This document shows positions 1 through 6,539 of a stretch of DNA of 11,951 nt, piece by piece. Source of the DNA: Candidatus Thorarchaeota archaeon (lineage in GTDB: Archaea > Asgardarchaeota > Thorarchaeia > Thorarchaeales > Thorarchaeaceae); assembly GCA_029858305.1 (NCBI GenBank), contig JAOUFI010000070.1, forward strand, positions 1 through 11,951, written 5' to 3'. The notes under the pieces were generated by a model. That model was not told where the DNA came from, made no database searches, and was given only the letters and a program-made list of their open reading frames with translations. The first letter of the stretch is position 1, and every line of letters begins with the position of its first letter. A program made the translations under genes and the position numbers.

Positions 1-8
1 CTCTGAGC

Positions 9-38
9 TTGTGAGCAATCAAATTTGACGGCTCACAA
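9..38. terminator. 30-bp near-perfect palindrome downstream of ssb; candidate terminator/3' hairpin or protein-binding site
   Basis: TTGTGAGC(9-16)-AA-TCAAATTTGA-CG-GCTCACAA(31-38); 26 of 30 positions symmetric; about 45 nt past the ssb stop on the - strand. The palindrome is seen directly; its function is inferred. Confidence 0.5.
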
Positions 39-81
39 TCAAACAGCTATTGCTGCTTTAGATAATTTACAAATTTGAAAT

Positions 82-675
82 CTAGTATCTGCGTCGACTG
101 TCGCCGCCACCGTAGCCGCCACCACTGCTTCTTCGGTCACGACCACCATAGCCGCTACTACCACCACGTCGGTCGCCACCGTAGCCGCCTTCGCTGTTTC
201 GACCACTATAGCCGCCACCGCCGCCACGACGATCTCCGCCGTAACCACCACTGCCGCCACTTCGACCGCCACCACCGTAGCTCCTACGTGGTCTATCGTC
301 TTCGTGCTCTTCAGCAGACATATCGACATCCATGTTGACTTCCTCGATGGCTTCTGCAGCCTGCTCGAGTTTGCCATATCTACCGACATTCAATCGTAAG
401 TTTCCTCGAAAGAGTCCAGTGTATCCATTTGTAAGATTGTAACTAGTTCCTTCCGTAATGTTATCAATAGCCTCATCCCAGAGCGGAACTTGAACAGTTC
501 CACTTGTATCACCAACAGTGATATCACAGACACGGTGAGATGTCCCATCACTGCGGGACTCAATCTCACGCTCTTCGCCCATGCTGATCACCTTGAAAGA
601 TATGGTGACATTCTTCATTCGTGGCTTTAGTTCTGCCACTGTAGCCTCAATTGGCTCACGTTCTTCATAACCCAT
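82..675 (-). CDS. ssb: Single-stranded DNA-binding protein, single OB fold (crenarchaeal SSB/hSSB1-like), with acidic linker and Gly/Arg/Tyr-rich disordered tail
   Basis: OB-fold pattern VAELKP..NVTISFKVI..HRVCDITVGDTSGTVQVPLWD..NGYTGLFRGNLRLNVGRYG; aromatics W66/Y85/F89 sit where base-stacking residues occur in Sulfolobus SSB; GAGTGA RBS upstream of ATG 675; TAG stop. Confidence 0.9.
   Translation of the reverse strand: MGYEEREPIEATVAELKPRMKNVTISFKVISMGEEREIESRSDGTSHRVCDITVGDTSGTVQVPLWDEAIDNITEGTSYNLTNGYTGLFRGNLRLNVGRYGKLEQAAEAIEEVNMDVDMSAEEHEDDRPRRSYGGGGRSGGSGGYGGDRRGGGGGYSGRNSEGGYGGDRRGGSSGYGGRDRRSSGGGYGGGDSRRRY
85..294 (-). repeat. Low-complexity coding repeat (GGYGG / GGYGGDRRGG units) in the SSB tail
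   Basis: GGYGGDRRGG occurs at aa 143-152 and 163-172; five YGG plus one YSG; recurring ccaccgtagc-type units in the DNA. Confidence 0.9.
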
Positions 676-904
676 TATTAATCACTCGCTAAATGCGATA
701 TGCAAGTCGTCAAAACTAGTGTGTCCTTCTGCGAAATTTACGATGCTTGAAAAAATAACTCTCGACAATTCCTATGATAGAAACGCTTCTCGCTTCTCGT
801 GTACCTGCACGATGATTCTCAGAATCGTTCCTTAAGAACTTGTGTACAGCGGCCTCAAATCAGAATTTGCCTGAGTTGGGCCAACGTCGCCTTTCTTGCA
901 GTAT

Positions 905-1546
905 CTAATTCTTCTCATCTTTGAAATCGATTTTCTTATGGGAGTTGTCACAGAATGGTTTGTTCTTCGATCCTCCACAACGACAGAGAGTATAATGCTC
1001 CTTGGACTCAGGACGCGATTCCTGGTCATCGATTAGCTCAATCCAACCAACGAATTCAAGAGGCCCATTTTTGGCAATTTTTATTGCAGGTTCACGATTC
1101 AAGTCTTGAATTCGTTGAGTGCCAATCTTGTAGCTGAGTGAACCGGAGGGACATTTTTCAATGGTTTCGATGGTCTTTCGCACACTTCCATTATCAGGAA
1201 AGATCCACATAGGTTTCTTATCCTTTTGAAATACTTCCGGACTCTCCCTCACACAGGCACCATCAGCTGAACATACACCTCGGTTGTCAAGAATAGTTAT
1301 TTCCTTCCCTTTGAATTCAACAACTTTGTCTGGACGTCGGTCAGGTTCTTTCGCTCCTGAGAAATCAACTTTGGAATGTGAACCATCACAGTAAGGTTTG
1401 TCCTTCGAATGTCCACATCTACAGAGAGCTGTTACAGGTCCCATATCTATCTCTTTACCCTTAGAGTTGACACACTTTGGCGCACCAACTACCATGTATG
1501 GTCCATACAAATCAAAAACGACCATGGGCTTGTGGTTCTTATTCAT
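905..1546 (-). CDS. CDGSH iron-sulfur protein with CDGSH - divergent mono-cluster ferredoxin (Fer4_19/DUF1271-like) - CDGSH architecture
   Basis: LCRCGHSKDKPYCDGSH and LCRCGGSKNKPFCDNSH motifs, each preceded by a GPY/GPL strand; central CSADGAC...CPSG. Start moved from 1567 to ATG 1546 because a GAGCTGTGA RBS-like site precedes it and a TATA-like ATTAAAA lies at 1587-1581. Confidence 0.9.
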   Translation of the reverse strand: MNKNHKPMVVFDLYGPYMVVGAPKCVNSKGKEIDMGPVTALCRCGHSKDKPYCDGSHSKVDFSGAKEPDRRPDKVVEFKGKEITILDNRGVCSADGACVRESPEVFQKDKKPMWIFPDNGSVRKTIETIEKCPSGSLSYKIGTQRIQDLNREPAIKIAKNGPLEFVGWIELIDDQESRPESKEHYTLCRCGGSKNKPFCDNSHKKIDFKDEKN

Positions 1547-1580
1547 ATAATCACAGCTCTCATACATGGATGAGCCTGCA

Positions 1581-1587
1581 TTTTAAT
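1581..1587 (-). promoter_or_regulatory. Candidate TATA box for the CDGSH gene
   Basis: ATTAAAA on the - strand, 35-41 nt upstream of ATG 1546. Confidence 0.4.
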
Positions 1588-1631
1588 GTTACAATCTCTC
1601 AAGCTACCAAAACAAGTAGGAATATTTTACA

Positions 1632-1769
1632 GGACCCACCCACAGCACGATAGAGGCGGATCTATGCTGTGTCCACGGGTGGGTCCAAGGGAGGGGTTGT
1701 CATCTGAGTGTCAAAGAGTGCTTAGCACTTTGAGGGCTCCCAAAGAGGGTAGGGGTGTAGTACTTTGAT
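1632..1769 (-). ncRNA. Putative structured non-coding RNA or leader of about 140 nt (three hairpins, C-rich single-stranded segments); family not recognised
   Basis: Perfect 10-bp stem GGACCCACCC/GGGTGGGTCC (1632-1641/1677-1686) with nested ACAGCA/TGCTGT and TAGA/TCTA; two related TCAAAG..CTTTG hairpins (1712-1733, 1741-1768); TATA-like TTATAT at 1799-1794 on the - strand about 30 nt upstream; no credible protein ORF. Strand and expression are inferred. Confidence 0.5.
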
Positions 1770-1793
1770 ACGAAACTATGTATGATGTTTGAG

Positions 1794-1799
1794 ATATAA
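1794..1799 (-). promoter_or_regulatory. Candidate TATA box for the putative ncRNA
   Basis: CTTATATC on the - strand; a TA initiator-like step at 1770/1769 lies at the expected archaeal spacing. Confidence 0.4.
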
Positions 1800-1894
1800 G
1801 GTCATAATGCAAGTGAGCGGCGATTTTCAATCCCCGAATACACATTGTTTGATAATAGGCATGCTCGAAATGCATACATGAAAACATGGTAACG

Positions 1895-1900
1895 TATAAA
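1895..1900 (+). promoter_or_regulatory. Candidate TATA box for the oxidoreductase gene
   Basis: TATAAA at 1895-1900; GGAGTGA RBS-like site at 1935-1941. Confidence 0.5.
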
Positions 1901-1956
1901 GCGGAATGTGCACGCGGACGTATACAACCTGATTGGAGTGAATTAACACGACATCC

Positions 1957-2949
1957 TTGAAGATTGGTATCATAGGCGCGGGAAATATGGGGCGTATCCA
2001 TGCTCGTATCCTCAATGACATGGGCGCCTTAGCTGGTATTGCAGACAAAGATATAGAAACAGCAATGAGTGTCGCTAAAACGTACGATGTACCAGCCTAT
2101 GAAAACTATGAAGAACTGATTGAGAATGTTCAGCCAATTGCACTAATCATCTCTACACCTACATCGTTACACGCATCAATTGCCAACCGAATAGCATCTA
2201 AGTATGACAACATTCGGGGATTGCTAATTGAAAAACCTCTAGCTAGTACTCTTGAAGATGGAAAGAAGGTAGCTGAAGTGGTCAAGAGGAAGGGAATCGT
2301 CACGCTGATATCACACTCAGAGATTTACAATCCGATTGTAACCAAGGCCTTGTCCCTCATCCAAACGGACGCTATTGGTGTTCCACGTACAGTGATCCAC
2401 GACCGCCGGGGTTTTGTAGAACCTTCAAGGATTGCTTCCCTTGGAGATGTATACGAAGATATTGGAGTACATGATTTTGATATCATGGCTCGTATTAGTC
2501 AAGGACCAGCAAGTCTGTTCGCCCGAAGTCACAAAGAGAGTGGAATCTATAATAGTGGTACTGTAATGGTCGATTTTGAAACCGGTGCACATCATATCTT
2601 CCATTTGTCGCGTCAATACACTGGTAGAAGAAGATACATGGATGTTTCAGGAACTAAAGGGTCATTAGTGCTTGACTTGTTTGGACAGATTATAAAGATA
2701 CAGAATCTTGATCAGGCACCAATGGCAGCAAGCGACACAATCAAACTCCCCGAGAGAGGTGCTACGATTAAAGTCTACGGAGAGCCCGTAAGAGAGGTGC
2801 TTAATGACTTCATTACCTGCGTAAAGACAGGGAGAACACCGAAGGTGAACATCGATGATGCACTCTCGGCACTTGAGATAGTTGAAGCAGCACGAGAAAG
2901 TACTAGGACAGGTAAAGTAGTCAATATAGAGGTCAAGCGAAGGAAATAA
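1957..2949 (+). CDS. Gfo/Idh/MocA family NAD(P)-dependent oxidoreductase (substrate unknown)
   Basis: N-terminal Rossmann motif KIGIIGAGNMG, STPT..H, LIEKPLA motif, catalytic DIGVHDFD; TTG start, with an in-frame TGA at 1939-1941 limiting any upstream extension. Confidence 0.92.
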   Translation: MKIGIIGAGNMGRIHARILNDMGALAGIADKDIETAMSVAKTYDVPAYENYEELIENVQPIALIISTPTSLHASIANRIASKYDNIRGLLIEKPLASTLEDGKKVAEVVKRKGIVTLISHSEIYNPIVTKALSLIQTDAIGVPRTVIHDRRGFVEPSRIASLGDVYEDIGVHDFDIMARISQGPASLFARSHKESGIYNSGTVMVDFETGAHHIFHLSRQYTGRRRYMDVSGTKGSLVLDLFGQIIKIQNLDQAPMAASDTIKLPERGATIKVYGEPVREVLNDFITCVKTGRTPKVNIDDALSALEIVEAARESTRTGKVVNIEVKRRK

Positions 2950-4228
2950 TCCTACCAAAGAGATGAGTTCGCGCCGCTTTCACCACTTGCAAGTTGACAA
3001 TAGAACCAAGATCTGCCTCTTCATGAACTATGATGGATTTGTATGACGAATTTCGACAGAGAAAACCGCTGCGAGACCCCCTCTCGGTCACGATAGCAGG
3101 ACCAGACCAGCCAATCCAAGTGTTGTTGTCCTCTAGAAGTATCCTATTCACAAGCATTGTGAGACGCCGACTTCGTTGTTTCTTTGTTGAGGTTTCTACC
3201 TTGTTCTTTGACTTGGATGCTTGTGTTCCAGGACGGTCACCATATTTTGAAATATTAACAACAGTGGGTCGGATTCTTCGAATAACATCGAGCGTGAGAT
3301 CAAAGTCATCCTTGGTTTCTCCGGGAAATCCAACAATGATATCCGTCGCAATGGTAGCATCATTGAAATTCTCTCTTATGGTTCTGATGATACTCTCCCA
3401 GTCTTCTACGGTGTACAATCGACCCATTGCTTTTAGGACTGAATCACTGCCAGACTGCAAGGGAATATGAAAGAACTTGAAGAAATGATCCGACTTCATT
3501 GTCTGAAGAAGTTCGCCAATAGATTCTGACACAAGATTAGGATTAAACATTCCAAGTCTAAACTTATGACGACCCTCTATCTCGTCGATTTTTTGTATCA
3601 ATGTTACAAGATTGCTGTCAATGTCAAAACCATACGCTCCAAGGTCTTGAGAGGTGATACGAATCTCACGGTATCCATCTCTTGTACACTTTTCAATGGC
3701 TTGACAGATTTCTCTCTCCAAATGGCTTTTTACCTGTCCTCTTGCAAACTTGACTGCGCAGTAGGAACAATTGCCCAGACAACCTTCACAGATTGGTATC
3801 GTACAAATGACACTCTCAGCCGGAGCCTCAAGCCATGTCAACTTGGATATATCCGTGGAGTCTAAATGACTGATACCTCTCGCACCGGCCAATATCTTAG
3901 GTACAATCTCAATCATAGATTCGATTGCCTGAGGCCCTAGAATAGCTGCATAGTTAGGAATTGCTTTTTCAATACGTGAGAGGGAGATTTTCGGAAGGCA
4001 TCCTGTCACAATTACTGGCTTGGTGCTCCCACTCAATTCTTCCAGTCTATGAATTATACGATCCTCGGTAGGTTCTTTCACTCCACATGTATTCAATATG
4101 ATAAGTTCTGCTTGTTCAAAACTCCCAACAGGCTGAGCATCAATCTCTCTCAATTTACCTATTATTATATCGGAATCAGCTGAATTAAGGGAACAGCCGT
4201 ATGTTTCCAAGTAGAATCGGATGGGCAT
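2933..4228 (-). CDS. mtaB: tRNA t6A37 methylthiotransferase, archaeal/eukaryotic MiaB-like type (e-MtaB/CDKAL1 family), radical SAM
   Basis: UPF0004 cysteines ETYGC, LNTC, VTGC; radical SAM CLGNCSYC; SQDLGAYG, RLGMFNP, HIPLQSGSD, ATDIIVGFPGET; C-terminal TRAM-like region. 3' end overlaps the convergent oxidoreductase by 17 bp. Confidence 0.88.
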   Translation of the reverse strand: MPIRFYLETYGCSLNSADSDIIIGKLREIDAQPVGSFEQAELIILNTCGVKEPTEDRIIHRLEELSGSTKPVIVTGCLPKISLSRIEKAIPNYAAILGPQAIESMIEIVPKILAGARGISHLDSTDISKLTWLEAPAESVICTIPICEGCLGNCSYCAVKFARGQVKSHLEREICQAIEKCTRDGYREIRITSQDLGAYGFDIDSNLVTLIQKIDEIEGRHKFRLGMFNPNLVSESIGELLQTMKSDHFFKFFHIPLQSGSDSVLKAMGRLYTVEDWESIIRTIRENFNDATIATDIIVGFPGETKDDFDLTLDVIRRIRPTVVNISKYGDRPGTQASKSKNKVETSTKKQRSRRLTMLVNRILLEDNNTWIGWSGPAIVTERGSRSGFLCRNSSYKSIIVHEEADLGSIVNLQVVKAARTHLFGRIISFA

Positions 4229-4238
4229 TAACTACAAG

Positions 4239-4520
4239 TCAGCCCCCTTGAACATGAGGAAGAAGAGCCAATTCATCACCCGCTTTAACAATGATGTCTG
4301 GACCCCCAAGAGTGGATACATCTCTTTTGTTAAGCATGATAATCAGATTGCTATCGATTTTCCCATTCTCTATCACCAGGTCTTTCAGAGGGGGTCCACC
4401 AAATTGAACCACTTGTTCTACCACGTGTAGAACTGTCGAACCCTCCGGCACATCTAGCTCAATTACCTGTTGCCCGAGAATTCTACGTATAGGCCCAAAG
4501 GACTTGAATCGGACTAGCAA
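4239..4520 (-). CDS. MoaD/ThiS family ubiquitin-like sulfur carrier (SAMP/Urm1-like)
   Basis: 93 aa beta-grasp pattern VRFKSFG..LDVPEGSTV..IIMLNKRDV..VKAGDELALLPHVQGG ending in free Gly-Gly; TTG start. Confidence 0.9.
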   Translation of the reverse strand: MLVRFKSFGPIRRILGQQVIELDVPEGSTVLHVVEQVVQFGGPPLKDLVIENGKIDSNLIIMLNKRDVSTLGGPDIIVKAGDELALLPHVQGG

Positions 4521-4551
4521 TTACTTTCACAAAGCTGCCTTTCAAGGTGTA

Positions 4552-4938
4552 CTATTCAGCCTTTTGATAGTGCACTATCAGTTCTTTTACAAGCCAATTG
4601 ACAGCTTCAATGATGTTTTCTATGTCGCCTTTAGTTGCTTTATCATAATGAATTCCTGTCGTTACAACAACTGATCGTTGGAGCGCCTTGCAGATTTGCT
4701 CAGCTGCGGAATTCGCCACGAGGTAATCTTTGTGACCGGGAAACGTCAGAGTGCTCACGCTTACTGTTGTAGCATCTCTATAATGACTTCTGGTTTCATA
4801 TGCTACAGAAACTCCACCAAGATGGTGTTCGTCTCCACCATATATAGTGACTAGCAGGTCTTTGCCAATATCCTTGGCTTCAAGGAAGATGGAATGAGGA
4901 CCTACCTTTCTTTCGAGAATCATCAAACCACCATACAT
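4552..4938 (-). CDS. LpdD-like protein (prenylated-flavin chaperone LpdD / proteasome assembly chaperone-like fold)
   Basis: Pattern IGKDLLVTIYGGDEHHLGGV...PGHKD...VVVTTGIHYDKAT matches my recollection of the LpdD family (G-x-D..GG..HxG, GHK[D/E], GIH-x-D); GAGGT RBS before ATG 4938; alternative ATG at 4923. Confidence 0.7.
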   Translation of the reverse strand: MYGGLMILERKVGPHSIFLEAKDIGKDLLVTIYGGDEHHLGGVSVAYETRSHYRDATTVSVSTLTFPGHKDYLVANSAAEQICKALQRSVVVTTGIHYDKATKGDIENIIEAVNWLVKELIVHYQKAE

Positions 4939-4973
4939 TTACTTACCTCTAATCCTTTCGGTCAGATGATATA

Positions 4974-6539
4974 CTATTCATTACCACCAGCAGCAAGTCT
5001 TTGCTGATACATCCTATAGGATAGAGTGAGGGTTTTTGGATGGGCAGACCTGTATTCATCTAAGCGTCGTACTGATGTTGAATGAGGTGCATTCCTAACC
5101 TTGTCCGGGTCCTCATGAGCCTCTCTTGAAATCTGACGAAGTGCTTCAATAAAGTAGTCAAGCTCCTGTTTCGATTCTGTTTCTGTTGGCTCAATCATTA
5201 ATGCTTCTGGGACAATAAGCGGAAAATATACAGTAGGAGCGTGCACTCCAAAATCCAAGAGCCGTTTTGCAACATTCATTGCAGTCACCCCGGTCGATTC
5301 TTTCAGCTCTTCCGCAGAGATGACGCATTCGTGCATACGTGGTGCATCCTGAGAGAATGGTAGTGTGAATCCTGAAATCTTTCTAACATGATGAGCGATA
5401 TAATTCGCGTTGAGCACAGCCACCTCAGAGGCTCTTTTGAGACCCTCTCTACCAAGTGAGTAGATGTATGCGTATGCTCTAACCAGTACCCCAAAGTTGC
5501 CATAGAAAGATTTCACCTTGCCAATGGATCTGGGTCGATTATAATCTAAATCAAATGAACCGGTTTCTGTTTTGATGATACGAGGAACTGGCAAGAATTC
5601 GGCAAGTTTGTCTTTCACCCCTACTGGACCTGCTCCAGGACCTCCACCACCATGTGGCGTTGAGAATGTCTTGTGAAGGTTGAGGTGCACAACATCAAAG
5701 CCCATGTCACCAGGACGCACTTTGTGCATAATTGCATTGAAGTTCGCCCCATCATAGTACACAAGGCCACCGGCGTCATGAACGATATCGGTAATCTCAC
5801 CTATATCCTTCTCAAAAACACCGATAGTATTGGGGTTCGTAAGCATTAGGCCGGCAGTTTTGGGTCCCGCCGCCTCCTTCAGAGCTTCTATGTTTACTAG
5901 CCCTTCCCTACTAGAAGGAATCACAACCACATTGTAACCAGCCATGGCAGCTGAGGCGGGGTTCGTTCCATGCGCAGCATCAGGTATCAGCATTTCATTT
6001 CTCTGATCACATTCCTGCGTTATGCATCGATGATACTCACGCATCATCATCACACCAGTCCACTCACCCTGGGCTCCTGCTGCAGGTTGAAGTGTTACCG
6101 CATCCATGCCTGTTATTTCACCCAACCATTGCTCAAGCTCCCACATCAACTCAAGGGCACCTTGAGTTGTAGAAACATCCTGTAGTGGATGAAGCCATGA
6201 AAAACCAAGCTGTGAGGCCGCCCAGTTATTCTGTTCAGGATTATACTTCATGGTACAACTTCCTAGAGGATAAGTACCAAGGCTGACTGCGTAATTCATC
6301 TGAGATAGTCTTGTGAAGTGTCGCACAACAGCGGGCTCAGAAACCTCAGGAATCTTTGGAGGTGTTTTTCTCCGCATTGCCTTTGGTAGAGTATTTCGTA
6401 CATCTTGGACCTTACGTATTTCTTCCTCAGCTACAGGAAACTTATGAGCAATCACTCCAGGATTCGAACGTTCAAAAAGAAGGGGCTCGATCCACTTTGC
6501 TTGTCGCATTCTAGATTCGATTGGGTGTTGGTCGCTCAT
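4974..6539 (-). CDS. gcvPB: Glycine dehydrogenase (decarboxylating) subunit 2, glycine cleavage P-protein beta
   Basis: YPLGSCTMKYNP, LQPAAGAQGE, AHGTNPASA, MLTNPNT, YYDGANFNA, PLP-lysine motif HLNLHKTFSTPHGGGGPG, HAPTVYFP, MIEPTETE; ATGA overlap with gcvPA at 6536-6539. Confidence 0.97.
   Translation of the reverse strand: MSDQHPIESRMRQAKWIEPLLFERSNPGVIAHKFPVAEEEIRKVQDVRNTLPKAMRRKTPPKIPEVSEPAVVRHFTRLSQMNYAVSLGTYPLGSCTMKYNPEQNNWAASQLGFSWLHPLQDVSTTQGALELMWELEQWLGEITGMDAVTLQPAAGAQGEWTGVMMMREYHRCITQECDQRNEMLIPDAAHGTNPASAAMAGYNVVVIPSSREGLVNIEALKEAAGPKTAGLMLTNPNTIGVFEKDIGEITDIVHDAGGLVYYDGANFNAIMHKVRPGDMGFDVVHLNLHKTFSTPHGGGGPGAGPVGVKDKLAEFLPVPRIIKTETGSFDLDYNRPRSIGKVKSFYGNFGVLVRAYAYIYSLGREGLKRASEVAVLNANYIAHHVRKISGFTLPFSQDAPRMHECVISAEELKESTGVTAMNVAKRLLDFGVHAPTVYFPLIVPEALMIEPTETESKQELDYFIEALRQISREAHEDPDKVRNAPHSTSVRRLDEYRSAHPKTLTLSYRMYQQRLAAGGNE

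Noticed and set aside
39-389. Alternative-frame ORFs 39..389 (-) and 75..338 (+), Val/Ala-rich and His/Arg-rich
   Set aside because: Shadows of the Gly-rich low-complexity SSB tail; no independent start signals.
1684-1703. AUGA...GA on the - strand resembling a SECIS core (Asgard archaea have eukaryote-like SECIS elements)
   Set aside because: Only 3 bp could form above the putative quartet, and no ORF in the window has an in-frame UGA at a Cys-equivalent position.
1712-1768. Two related TCAAAG..CTTTG units as a mini-CRISPR array
   Set aside because: Only two degenerate units of different length, 7 bp apart, with no spacer-sized gap and no cas genes.
1586-2048. Short ORFs 1586..1768 (+), 1711..2001 (-) and 1827..2048 (-)
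   Set aside because: No recognisable motifs; they overlap promoter-like and structured DNA or run antisense to the oxidoreductase.
4550-4980. Identical TACTATTCA at the ends of the lpdD-like gene and gcvPB
   Set aside because: Explained largely by both proteins ending Glu-TAG; too short to imply duplication.
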